DNA of 64,000 bases from Alphaproteobacteria bacterium. Its GTDB lineage: Bacteria > Pseudomonadota > Alphaproteobacteria > Micropepsales > Micropepsaceae. The first letter of the stretch is position 1. Each line of letters starts with the position of its first letter. The notes below the pieces were generated by a model. The model searched no databases. It was given only the letters and a program-made list of their open reading frames with translations, and had not been told where the DNA came from. The DNA lies in assembly GCA_018971835.1 (NCBI GenBank), contig JAGWZW010000006.1:7749-71748 (forward strand). The letters run 5' to 3'. Made by a program: the position numbers and the translations under genes. Shown here piece by piece: positions 1-8,915 of the stretch.

Positions 1-1
1 G

Positions 2-187
2 ACCACCAGGCTCGTTCGTGTCGGCCCCGCCGGCGCGGCCGATCCACAGAGCCTCGCCGGTCGATTGCGCCAGGTACGGGGCGTTGCCGAAGCCGTGGTG
101 GTGGCCGAGGAAGGCCTCGCCTATCTCAAGGTCGATTCCAAGCTGTTCGATGCCGAGCAGGCCGAAAACGTCGCCGCAGCGGCATGA
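2..187 (+). CDS. 3' end of an unidentified CDS entering from the left edge (partial)
   Basis: Frame 2 is open from the window edge to TGA at 185-187, with G-rich first and GC-rich third codon positions (...GVAEAVVVAEEGLAYLKVDSKLFDAEQAENVAAAA*). No family recognised. The complementary frame is also open, so the strand is uncertain. Confidence 0.25.
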   Translation, partial: TTRLVRVGPAGAADPQSLAGRLRQVRGVAEAVVVAEEGLAYLKVDSKLFDAEQAENVAAAA

Positions 188-489
188 CGCGTCCCCGTTC
201 AAACAAATGTTAAGCGAACGTTAATCGGCCTCGCCTCGGACCGGCGCAGCATTTGTCGTTTAATGCCGGCTTCCCGCAAACCGCTCGCAAGCGGAGCTGC
301 TATGCGGCAGCAACAAATTCCTTGCGTTCCCTGCGCATTTTAACGGGATAGTGAGGGACTTCCTATAATTAACGGCCAGGACGATTGCGCCTTCACGCGG
401 CAGCTATTTCCCGCGTGGTGAGGTAACCGCCTCCGCTGTGCGTGACCGGCACCGGTACTCATAAGCGTATCAATCACGAGGGAACACAG

Positions 490-2049
490 GTGTCTCAAGT
501 ATCCGTCGAATTCGACAAGACCGAGCGTTTACGCTTTGCGGAAATTACGGACGAGACGTGCAGACAACTGCGCAAATTCTGGCCGATCTTGCAGCAGAAC
601 CTGCCCAATATACTTGACGGCTTTTACGAGCACGCCGCCAGCGTGCCGCAACTCGCCAAACTGGTGGAAGGCCATGTCCCGCGCCTGAAACAGGCGCAGA
701 CCCTGCATTGGCAACGGCTCTTTCAGGGCGATTTCGACGACGCCTATTTCCAAAGCGTCTATCGTATCGGCACAGCGCACGAGAAGATCGGCCTCGATCC
801 GCGCTGGTACATCGCCGGTTACAGATACGTGCTCAACTGGATCGTCGAGGCCGCATGCGACAGCTTCCGCTGGTCGAAGAAGCAGCGCCACGACACCATC
901 TGCGCGATCAATGCCGCGGTTCTCTTCGACATGGATCTGGCGATGAGCGCTTATCAGGACGCCATGATACGCGCGCGGAACACCCAGGCCGACACCATTG
1001 TGCGCAATATCGGCGGAGGGCTGGAGGCCCTCGCGAGGGGTGACCTGACCTACCGCATTACGGCTGCGCTCGAGGGGCCATTCCGCAAGCTCGGCGATGA
1101 CTTCAACGAAGCCGGCGCGCATCTGGAGGAAGCAGTCAAGGCCGTTCTGGCAGGCACTTCGGGCATCAGCACCGACACCGCCGAGATCGCGACCGCGGCA
1201 GACGATCTTTCGCGCCGGACCGAGCAACAGGCGGCCAGCCTGGAAGAAACCGCTGCGGCGCTGGAAGAGATCACGGCAACCGTCAAACGCACGGCCGAAA
1301 ACGCCAAGGAAGCCGGCGATATCGTTGCCAGTGCGAAGACCGCAGCCGAAAGCGGCGGGCGAATCGTCGAATCCGCCATCGAGGCGATGAGCCAGATCGA
1401 ACAGTCGTCCAAGAAAATCACGGACATCATCGGCGTGATCGACGAAATCGCCTTCCAGACCAACCTGCTGGCGCTCAACGCCGGCGTCGAGGCCGCGCGA
1501 GCGGGAGACGCGGGCAAGGGCTTTGCCGTGGTGGCCAGCGAAGTGCGTGCGCTGGCGCAGCGCTCGAGTGAAGCGGCAAAGGAAATCAAGGCCCTGATCA
1601 AGACGTCGGGCGAGCATGTCGGCACCGGCGTCAAGCAGGTGGGCGAAAGCGGCAAGGCGCTCAATACCATCGTCGAGAAGGTGACCGCGATCAACGCGCT
1701 GGTGGGCGAGATGGCCGAGGCCGCCCGCCAGCAGTCCACGGGCATCGAAGAGGTTAATGTCGCCGTGGGCCAGATGGACCAGGTAACGCAACAGAACGCG
1801 GCGATGGTCGAGGAAAGCACGGCAGCCGCGCGCAGCCTGGCGGACGAAACGGCCGAACTCTCGCGCCTCGTCGGCTTCTTCAAGGTGCGCGAAGATCTGA
1901 AGAGCGAACGGTCGGCGGCCAAGGCCGAGCGGCGCGCAGTTGCGGCAACATCAAAGGTCGCACCGCGGCCCCCGCTCCCATCGCGGCGCGGTGGTGCGGC
2001 GCTCGCCGTTAAGCCCGCTGTCGCCGAAGAAGAGTGGCAGGAATTCTGA
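490..2049 (+). CDS. icpA: Soluble globin-coupled methyl-accepting chemotaxis protein (HemAT/IcpA-like aerotaxis transducer)
   Basis: N-terminal protoglobin-type sensor block (YRIGTAHEKIGLDPRWYIAGYRYVL, candidate proximal His). C-terminal MCP signalling domain (AFQTNLLALNAGVEAARAGDAGKGFAVVASEVRALAQRS). No obvious TM segment. The ORF opens at GTG 442, but GTG 490 has a GAGGGAA Shine-Dalgarno 8 nt upstream. First gene of the che operon. Confidence 0.85.
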   Translation: MSQVSVEFDKTERLRFAEITDETCRQLRKFWPILQQNLPNILDGFYEHAASVPQLAKLVEGHVPRLKQAQTLHWQRLFQGDFDDAYFQSVYRIGTAHEKIGLDPRWYIAGYRYVLNWIVEAACDSFRWSKKQRHDTICAINAAVLFDMDLAMSAYQDAMIRARNTQADTIVRNIGGGLEALARGDLTYRITAALEGPFRKLGDDFNEAGAHLEEAVKAVLAGTSGISTDTAEIATAADDLSRRTEQQAASLEETAAALEEITATVKRTAENAKEAGDIVASAKTAAESGGRIVESAIEAMSQIEQSSKKITDIIGVIDEIAFQTNLLALNAGVEAARAGDAGKGFAVVASEVRALAQRSSEAAKEIKALIKTSGEHVGTGVKQVGESGKALNTIVEKVTAINALVGEMAEAARQQSTGIEEVNVAVGQMDQVTQQNAAMVEESTAAARSLADETAELSRLVGFFKVREDLKSERSAAKAERRAVAATSKVAPRPPLPSRRGGAALAVKPAVAEEEWQEF

Positions 2050-2068
2050 CGAGGAACACGAGGCAGCA

Positions 2069-2371
2069 ATGACAGAAGTTGAGCCGAACACGAATTCGCG
2101 TTCTATCGCCATCCCCGCCATTCTCGACGCGGGCGCGGCGGTGGCATTGCTGGAGACATTGAACGAAGCGTTCGGCGCAGCCGAAGGCGTCAGCATCGAG
2201 GCCGGAGAGGTTCAGCGCGTGACTACGCCGGGCCTGCAGGTGCTCGCGGTTGCGGCCAGGAGCTTTGCCGCCAGGGGCCTTCCCTTCAGCTACGCGGATC
2301 CCGCTCCACCGCTGAGGGAAGCGGCAGAAACGCTCGGCCTTGGCCGGGCATTGGGGCTTGACGGAGAATAG
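2069..2371 (+). CDS. cheS: Small STAS-domain protein, CheS-like by position
   Basis: 100 aa. STAS-like pattern (IPAILDAGAAVALLETL...VSIEAGEVQRVTTPGLQVL). ATG 2069 preceded by GAGGAA. Sits in the orf2/cheS slot between icpA and cheY1 as in the S. meliloti che operon. Confidence 0.6.
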   Translation: MTEVEPNTNSRSIAIPAILDAGAAVALLETLNEAFGAAEGVSIEAGEVQRVTTPGLQVLAVAARSFAARGLPFSYADPAPPLREAAETLGLGRALGLDGE

Positions 2372-2372
2372 C

Positions 2373-2741
2373 ATGAGCAAACGGGTTCTCACTGTCGACG
2401 ATTCCAAGACCATGCGGGACATGCTCAGACTGGCTTTGACCAAGGCCGGCTATGATGTCGTGCAGGCCGACGACGGCGCGCATGGCGTCGAGGTGCTGCA
2501 GTCCAATCCTGACGTCGATGTAATCGTCACCGACATCAACATGCCGCGCATGGACGGTTACGCCTTCATCGATAGCGTACGCAAGAATCCGAAGAACCGC
2601 GCTACACCGATCCTGGTGCTGACGACCGAAAGCGAGCCGGAGAAGAAGCGGCGTGCGCGCGAGGCCGGCGCCACCGGCTGGATCGTCAAGCCCTTCGATC
2701 CGGAAAAGCTCGTAGCCGCGATCAATCGGGTCGCACCGTGA
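2373..2741 (+). CDS. cheY1: CheY-like single-domain response regulator
   Basis: REC domain (KRVLTVDDSKTMR ... VIVTDINMPRMDG ... GATGWIVKPF). Starts 1 nt after the cheS stop. Confidence 0.9.
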   Translation: MSKRVLTVDDSKTMRDMLRLALTKAGYDVVQADDGAHGVEVLQSNPDVDVIVTDINMPRMDGYAFIDSVRKNPKNRATPILVLTTESEPEKKRRAREAGATGWIVKPFDPEKLVAAINRVAP

Positions 2742-2776
2742 CGGAAACGATACTCGGAGCGGATTAGGAATACGTC

Positions 2777-4903
2777 ATGGACCCGATGGAATCGATCAAA
2801 CAGACCTACTTCCAGGAATGCGAAGAGCTGCTCCTGGCGATGGAGGAAGGTCTGATCGCGATGGAGAACGGCGAGGCCGACGGCGAGATGATTAACGCCG
2901 TGTTCCGCGCCGTGCATTCGATCAAGGGCGGCGGCGGCGCTTTCGGCTTCGAGGCGCTGGTAGCCTTCGCCCATCTGTTCGAAACAGTTCTGGATCACGT
3001 GCGCAGCGGCAAGCTGGAGGCAGATGCGGGCGTGGTCAAGGCGCTGCTGCGGGCCGGCGACATCCTGGCCGACCACGTCGCCGCCGCGCGTGAGGGCCGC
3101 ACGCTCGACAAAGGCCACGACAGCGCAGTGATGGAGGAACTGGCCCAACTCGCCGGCGAAGACCTGCCGGAAGCCGGCCCGGCTCCAGCGGATTTCGACG
3201 ATCTCGACTTCGCGCCCGTGCCGGTGATGTTCGCAGACGAACCGGCCGCACCCGCCACCGGCACCGGCTGGCGTATCCGCTTTGCGCCACATACCTCACT
3301 TTACGCCCACGCCAACGAGCCGCTCCTCATCCTGCGTGAGCTGAAGACGCTGGGCGCCTTGACGGTGTCCGCCGATCTTTCGCATCTGCCCGAGTTGGCA
3401 GCAATGGATGCAGACGCGGCTTATCTCGCCTGGGATATCGAGCTCGAGGGCGACGCTCCGCGTGAAAAGGTGGAGGAAGCCTTCGAATTCGTCACCGGCG
3501 ATTGCGACCTCGAAATCACCACCCGTGGATCGGCCCCGCCGTCTCTGGATCTGCAGGACATCGAGATTACCCAGGAGCCGGCCGGACTTCAGCCGATCGC
3601 AGAACCTGCCGCTGCACTCAAGCCGGCAGAACCCACCAAACCAGCGGCTGCCGCGCCGCCGGCGAAAGCCGAGCCGGCCGTCAAACCGACCATTCGCGTC
3701 GACCTCGACAAGGTGGACCGGCTCGTCAATCTCGTGGGCGAACTTGTGATCACCCAGGCGATGCTGGCCCAGCGGGTGTTCGACGGCGACAACCACGCTG
3801 CGAATTCGGTGGACAGCAGTCTGGCCGAACTGGAGCACCTTCTGCGCGAGCTGCAGGAGGGCGTCATGGCCATCCGCACGCAGCCGGTGAAATCGGTGTT
3901 CCAGCGCATGCCGCGGCTGGTGCGCGAACTCGCGGCGCAAACCGGCAAGCAGGTTCGCCTGGTACTGGAGGGCGAGGCCACGGAAGTCGACAAGACCGTG
4001 ATCGACCGGCTGGGCGAACCGCTCACCCACATGATCCGTAACGCCATCGATCACGGGCTGGAAGGCCCCGACGGTCGCGCCGCCGCCGGAAAACCGGAGG
4101 AAGGTGTCGTGCGCCTTTCGGCCGAGCATCGCGGTGGGCGAATCGTCATCGAACTTTCCGACGACGGCCGCGGCATCAACCGCGAGAAGGTGAAGGCCAA
4201 GGCGATTGAAAAGGGCCTGATTCCCCCGAACGCCGTGCTTAACGACGACGAAATCGACAACCTAATCTTCCTGCCCGGATTCTCGACGGCTTCGGAAGTC
4301 TCGAACATCTCCGGCCGTGGCGTCGGCATGGACGTCGTCCGGCGTAACGTCGTCGAGTTGGGCGGGCGCGTGGTCATCTCCTCCACACCCGGCCGCGGCA
4401 GCCGCTTCACCATGACCCTGCCGCTGACGCTAGCCGTGCTGGACGGCATGGTGGTCGCTGTGGGCAACCAGACCTTCGTGCTGCCGCTTACCCATATCGT
4501 CGAAAGCCTGCAGCCGCGCGCCGAGGACGTGCGCGCCTTCGGCCGCGACCGCAACCTGCTGCGCATGCGCAACAGCTACGTGCCGCTGGTGCGCATCGGC
4601 GAGCTTCTGGGCGTTGCCGGCTTTGAACCAAACCCGTCCAAGGGCGTGGTGATCCTGGTCGAAAGCGGAGGCGCAGGGCGACTGGCCCTGGCGGTGGACG
4701 CCATCCTCGGCCAGCGTCAGGTCGTCATCAAGAGTTTCGAAGGCAATTACCACTGCATCGAGGGCATTGCGGCCGCCACCATACTGGGCGACGGCCGCGT
4801 GGCGCTGATCCTCGACGTCGACGGGCTGGTCGGCCGCTGCCGCTCCAACCTGCAGGACGAAATGAGCGCCACAGAACCAAAAGCAACGGGGACTGCAGGA
4901 TGA
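2777..4903 (+). CDS. cheA: Chemotaxis histidine kinase CheA
   Basis: HPt motif AVHSIKGGGGAFG, HATPase region (HMIRNAIDHG, GRGVGMDVV) and a C-terminal CheW-like domain. 708 aa. Confidence 0.95.
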   Translation: MDPMESIKQTYFQECEELLLAMEEGLIAMENGEADGEMINAVFRAVHSIKGGGGAFGFEALVAFAHLFETVLDHVRSGKLEADAGVVKALLRAGDILADHVAAAREGRTLDKGHDSAVMEELAQLAGEDLPEAGPAPADFDDLDFAPVPVMFADEPAAPATGTGWRIRFAPHTSLYAHANEPLLILRELKTLGALTVSADLSHLPELAAMDADAAYLAWDIELEGDAPREKVEEAFEFVTGDCDLEITTRGSAPPSLDLQDIEITQEPAGLQPIAEPAAALKPAEPTKPAAAAPPAKAEPAVKPTIRVDLDKVDRLVNLVGELVITQAMLAQRVFDGDNHAANSVDSSLAELEHLLRELQEGVMAIRTQPVKSVFQRMPRLVRELAAQTGKQVRLVLEGEATEVDKTVIDRLGEPLTHMIRNAIDHGLEGPDGRAAAGKPEEGVVRLSAEHRGGRIVIELSDDGRGINREKVKAKAIEKGLIPPNAVLNDDEIDNLIFLPGFSTASEVSNISGRGVGMDVVRRNVVELGGRVVISSTPGRGSRFTMTLPLTLAVLDGMVVAVGNQTFVLPLTHIVESLQPRAEDVRAFGRDRNLLRMRNSYVPLVRIGELLGVAGFEPNPSKGVVILVESGGAGRLALAVDAILGQRQVVIKSFEGNYHCIEGIAAATILGDGRVALILDVDGLVGRCRSNLQDEMSATEPKATGTAG

Positions 4904-5382
4904 ACGACATCATGGACAATTCCGGCCAGACGAAGCGCCAGTTCATCACTTTCTGGCTCGGCGAACAGGAGTTCGGCGCCGACATCATGGCCATTCGCGA
5001 GATCCGCGGCTGGACGGCGACGACGGAGCTGCCGCACTCGCCCCATTACGTGCTGGGCGTGATCAACCTGCGCGGCATGGTTCTTCCGGTCGTCGACCTC
5101 AAGGCCCGGCTCGGGCGCGGGCGCACCGAAGCCACTGCCAAGAACGTCATTATCGTGGTGCGCTGCGCCGAGCAGACTATGGGCGTGCTGGTCGATGCGG
5201 TATCGGACATCCTTACGGTCACCGAGAGCGACATTCAGGTGACGCCAGAACTGGCACGCGATGCCGACAGTGAATTCGTGGAAGGTATCGCGGTGCTCGA
5301 CCAGCGCATGGTCACGATCCTCAGCATGGAGCGTCTGGCCGAAACGCTGGTCGCCCAGCACAAGGTCAGCCTGGCCGCATAA
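4900..5382 (+). CDS. cheW: Chemotaxis coupling protein CheW
   Basis: CheW domain (FITFWLGEQEFGADIMAIREIRGW ... VINLRGMVLPVVDL). ATGA overlap with the cheA stop. Confidence 0.93.
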   Translation: MNDIMDNSGQTKRQFITFWLGEQEFGADIMAIREIRGWTATTELPHSPHYVLGVINLRGMVLPVVDLKARLGRGRTEATAKNVIIVVRCAEQTMGVLVDAVSDILTVTESDIQVTPELARDADSEFVEGIAVLDQRMVTILSMERLAETLVAQHKVSLAA

Positions 5383-5391
5383 GAGGCAGTC

Positions 5392-6273
5392 ATGTCCGGC
5401 ACACTCCGCAAGCAAGACGCATCTCCGGTCGCGGATGGCGAGTTCGCTTTCACTTGGGCGGATTTTCACACAATCGCCCAGATCGTGCATGCGGAATCGG
5501 GTATCGTGCTGGCTGACAGCAAGGCCAATCTCGTCTATTCGCGACTAGCCAAGCGATTGAGGAAGATCGGCCTCAGGAGCTTTCGCGACTACTGCGAAAT
5601 TGTGCAGCGCGAGGACGGCGCCGACGAGCGACAGGTCATGATCGCGGCCATGACCACCAACGTCACCCGCTTTTTCCGTGAAACACACCACTTCTCCCTG
5701 CTGGAGAAGATCGTGCTGCCGCCGTTGCTCGACCGCGCCAAGAAAGGCGACCGGGTGCGGTTGTGGTCCTCGGCCTGCTCGTCGGGCGAGGAACCCTATT
5801 CGCTGGCGCTGACCATTCTCGGCCTCATGCCGGACGCGGGCAAACACGATATCCTGATCCTTGCCAGCGATCTGGATCCCAACATGCTGGCGCGCGCCGA
5901 AACCGGCATTTACAGCGCTGCGCAGGTCGAGCCCATTCCCGCGGACCTCCGGCGCAAATGGATCTCGGCGGCCAAGGCTGAAGGCGCCATGAGCTTCGAG
6001 GTAACGCCGCCTGTGCGCGAGCTGGTGCGCTTTCGCGAACTCAACCTGCTCGATCCCTGGCCGATGCGCGGACGCTTCGATGTCATCTTCTGCCGCAATG
6101 TCATGATCTATTTTGACGACGAAACCCAGAACGGTATTTGGACGCGCTTTGCCAAGGTTCTCGAGCCGGACGGAGTGCTGTGTATCGGCCATTCCGAGCG
6201 CATACCGGCGTCCATGCCGTTCGAACTGGTGGCGCAAACGAGTTATCGGCTGGCTGGCGGAGGAGCAAGATGA
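5392..6273 (+). CDS. cheR: Chemotaxis protein methyltransferase CheR
   Basis: CheR N-terminal helical domain plus SAM methyltransferase fold ([27 protein letters not shown]). Confidence 0.93.
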   Translation: MSGTLRKQDASPVADGEFAFTWADFHTIAQIVHAESGIVLADSKANLVYSRLAKRLRKIGLRSFRDYCEIVQREDGADERQVMIAAMTTNVTRFFRETHHFSLLEKIVLPPLLDRAKKGDRVRLWSSACSSGEEPYSLALTILGLMPDAGKHDILILASDLDPNMLARAETGIYSAAQVEPIPADLRRKWISAAKAEGAMSFEVTPPVRELVRFRELNLLDPWPMRGRFDVIFCRNVMIYFDDETQNGIWTRFAKVLEPDGVLCIGHSERIPASMPFELVAQTSYRLAGGGAR

Positions 6274-7328
6274 CGCCCATCCGTGTCCTCGTCGTGGACG
6301 ACTCGCCGACCATCCGGCAGTTGCTCACTATTGCGCTGGAAACCGATCCCGAGATCGAAGTGGTGGGCAGCGCACCTGAGCCAGCCGTGGCCCGGCAGAT
6401 GATCAAGGATCTCAATCCCGACGTCATTACGCTCGACATCGAGATGCCGCATATGAACGGCCTCGAGTTTCTGGAAAAGATCATGCGCCTCAGGCCGATG
6501 CCGGTGGTGATGGTTTCCACGCTCACCCAGCGCGGCGCGGACGCGACGGTGGCGGCGCTGGAACTGGGCGCCATCGATTACTTTGCCAAGCCGACGCATA
6601 ACCTGACCGAGAGCCTCAGCGCCAGCGCCGCGGAAATCGCCGAGAAGGTGAAAACCGCCGCGCGGGCACGCGTGCGCCCGCGTGAAACACCCGCCGCGGC
6701 GCGTGCCCCGGACGTCGATTACCGGCCAGCGAACAAGCTGGTGGCGATCGGCTCCTCCACCGGCGGCGTGGAAGCGCTGATCGAGGTCTTGTCGCGCTTC
6801 CCGAGGAATTGCGCGCCAACCGTTATCACCCAGCATATGCCCGAACATTTCCTGACCAGTTTTGCGCAGCGGCTGGACCGGCTCTGCGCGCCCGAAGTTC
6901 ACCAGGCCTATGAAGGTGCAGCGCTCGAGCCCGGGCATATCTATCTGGCGCCCGGCGGCGAAGCGCATCTCGAAGTCAGAAGCGGACGGCCGCTGCAATG
7001 TCACCTGCGCGTTGCCGACAAGGTGTCTGGTCATCGCCCGTCGGTCGATGTGCTGTTCGCCTCGGCCGCTGCAGCGGCAGGCAAGAGCGGGGTCGGCGTG
7101 ATCCTCACCGGCATGGGCCGCGATGGCGCCAGCGGCCTCAAAGCGATGCGTGACGCCGGCGCCATGACCGTCGGCCAGGACGAAGCCTCCTCGGTGGTCT
7201 ACGGTATGCCGCGTGTGGCATTTGAGATCGGCGCGGTAGCAGAGCAACTGCCGCTCGGCCGCATCGGAGATGAAATCGTGCGCCTGTGCAGGGCGCCCAT
7301 TCCAGTTTCTGCATCAAGGAGTGCATGA
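6270..7328 (+). CDS. cheB: Chemotaxis response regulator protein-glutamate methylesterase CheB
   Basis: REC ([14 protein letters not shown]) plus methylesterase domain (GSSTGG, GMGRDG). ATG 6270 overlaps the cheR stop (ATGA). The track ORF start at 6138 lies inside cheR and was rejected. Confidence 0.93.
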   Translation: MTPIRVLVVDDSPTIRQLLTIALETDPEIEVVGSAPEPAVARQMIKDLNPDVITLDIEMPHMNGLEFLEKIMRLRPMPVVMVSTLTQRGADATVAALELGAIDYFAKPTHNLTESLSASAAEIAEKVKTAARARVRPRETPAAARAPDVDYRPANKLVAIGSSTGGVEALIEVLSRFPRNCAPTVITQHMPEHFLTSFAQRLDRLCAPEVHQAYEGAALEPGHIYLAPGGEAHLEVRSGRPLQCHLRVADKVSGHRPSVDVLFASAAAAAGKSGVGVILTGMGRDGASGLKAMRDAGAMTVGQDEASSVVYGMPRVAFEIGAVAEQLPLGRIGDEIVRLCRAPIPVSASRSA

Positions 7329-7717
7329 TGCCTGCTGCAACCAAGCTTTCCGTCATGGTGGTCGACGATCAGTTGACGATGCGCAGCCTTGTACGCTCGA
7401 GCCTGCAGCAGCTCGGCATCAACGACGTGCGCGAATATGCCGGCGGCGCCGAAGCCCTCGCCAGTCTTAATGCGCGGGTGGCCAATGTCGTGATTTCCGA
7501 TTTCAACATGCCGGGGATGGACGGCATCCAGCTTCTTCAGGCTATCCGCGCCCAGCCGCAGTACAAGAGCACGGCCTTCATCCTGCTCACCGGCCGCGCC
7601 GACAAGGAACTGGTGATCCGTGCGGTGAAGGCGGGCGCCAACAACTATCTCGTCAAGCCGTTCACTGCTGCAATTCTCAAGCAGAAGATCGAACAGGTGG
7701 TGGGGGCGCTGACCTGA
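7325..7717 (+). CDS. cheY2: CheY-like single-domain response regulator
   Basis: REC domain ([33 protein letters not shown]). Start overlaps the cheB stop. Confidence 0.9.
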   Translation: MMPAATKLSVMVVDDQLTMRSLVRSSLQQLGINDVREYAGGAEALASLNARVANVVISDFNMPGMDGIQLLQAIRAQPQYKSTAFILLTGRADKELVIRAVKAGANNYLVKPFTAAILKQKIEQVVGALT

Positions 7718-8340
7718 TGGGGCAATTCGGTGCGACCACGGCAACGAACGGTGCGGACGGAACGGCGCGCAAGGAACCGCGGCGTTTCCTCAACCCGCAT
7801 GACGGCTGCTGGCACACCCAGATCATGCAGGGCGAAGCCTACGTCACCACCGATGGGAGCGAGGTGCTGACCACAATCCTCGGCTCCTGCGTGGCGGCCT
7901 GCATACGCGATCCGGCGCTGCGCCTGGGCGGCATGAATCACTTCCTGTTGCCCGACGGCGACAATCGCGACGGCGGCGGCATGCGTTACGGCGTCTATGC
8001 AATGGAAAAACTGATCAACGGCATTCTGTCACGCGGAGGGGTTCGCGAGAGACTTGAGGCCAAGCTGTTCGGGGGCGCCAATGTCATGGCGTCGCTTTCT
8101 GACGTCGGCAGCCGCAATGCCGATTTCGCCGAACGGTTCCTGCAGAATGAAGGCATCGCCGTCGTCGGCGGCGACCTGCGCGGCACATCGCCCAGGCGGA
8201 TCCAGTATTGGCCCGTCTCGGGCCGCGCCCGCCAACTCGCCATCGTTACGGACGCCGGGAAACTGGTACAGGACGAACTGCGCGAGGCCCGCGCCGAACA
8301 GCGCGAGAGCGAACAGGAGAGCGATGTCGAACTCTTTTGA
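7717..8340 (+). CDS. cheD: Chemoreceptor glutamine deamidase CheD
   Basis: CheD signature around the catalytic Cys (TTILGSCVAACIRD ... GGMNHFLLP ... AKLFGGANV). TGATG overlap with cheY2. Confidence 0.9.
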   Translation: MGQFGATTATNGADGTARKEPRRFLNPHDGCWHTQIMQGEAYVTTDGSEVLTTILGSCVAACIRDPALRLGGMNHFLLPDGDNRDGGGMRYGVYAMEKLINGILSRGGVRERLEAKLFGGANVMASLSDVGSRNADFAERFLQNEGIAVVGGDLRGTSPRRIQYWPVSGRARQLAIVTDAGKLVQDELREARAEQRESEQESDVELF

Positions 8341-8743
8341 AGCGCTCGGCGCCGGCGATATTCGCCCCGGAGCGGAACACGCACCGCTCATCCGCCTGCT
8401 TCTGGCGATGGCCGGCGAATGGGCCGCCATCGCTGGCGATATCAGCACGCTGGGGGCGCATGTGGCGCGCGCGGCAGCAGACCGCCACAACCCCGTCTCC
8501 ATTCGCGACCTGCAATCGTTCGACACCATCGGGCAGCGGGCCCACGCCCAGGCGGAATTGCTAACGAAACTTGCTTGCAAAATTGCGGCCGATCCGGCCC
8601 TTGCTCCGGCGCATTTGCCCGAGTTGCTGGCCCACATCCCATTTGAAGAAGTGAGAGCCAATCTCAAAGCGGCGTGCCACGGCGCCTCACCCGACCAGCA
8701 GGAACCTTCGCTGCCGGCCGACGATGCGGTGGACTGGTTCTAA
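8324..8743 (+). CDS. cheT: Small hypothetical protein in the orf10/CheT position of the che operon
   Basis: 139 aa. ATG 8324 overlaps the cheD 3' end. No recognisable domain. The symbol is assigned from synteny with the S. meliloti che operon only. Confidence 0.5.
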   Translation: MSNSFEALGAGDIRPGAEHAPLIRLLLAMAGEWAAIAGDISTLGAHVARAAADRHNPVSIRDLQSFDTIGQRAHAQAELLTKLACKIAADPALAPAHLPELLAHIPFEEVRANLKAACHGASPDQQEPSLPADDAVDWF

Positions 8744-8839
8744 GAACCGCTAAAACACATAACCCCTCCGAGTCGTTAAGGAAACTTTTCGTCCGAATCG
8801 GCGGAGTTGGCTGCAAAGCAATCTCTCTGTAAAAGAATG

Positions 8840-8853
8840 TTGATTTAGCTCAA
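8840..8853 (+). promoter_or_regulatory. FNR/FixK-type box TTGATTTAGCTCAA (TTGA-N6-TCAA)
   Basis: Matches the CRP/FNR-family core palindrome. Centred about 70 bp upstream of GTG 8916 in an AT-richer intergenic stretch, which fits a class II (-41.5) activator site with a short leader. Confidence 0.6.
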
Positions 8854-8915
8854 CGACATAACCGGGGAAAAAAGGAACTGGTTAGGGCGCTATTCACGCC
8901 AGGGCCGGCAAGATT

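Noticed and set aside
18-224. 68-aa + strand ORF at the left edge
   Set aside because: Its Pro/Ser/Arg/Trp-rich translation looks off-frame. Frame 2, open to the window edge with a stop at 185-187, has better codon periodicity and is reported instead at low confidence.
529-2069. Long minus-strand ORFs (420 aa and 339 aa) antisense to the globin-coupled MCP gene
   Set aside because: Their Arg/Ala/Gly-rich, low-complexity translations are typical of the mirror frame of a GC-rich gene. The + strand product has clear MCP and globin motifs.
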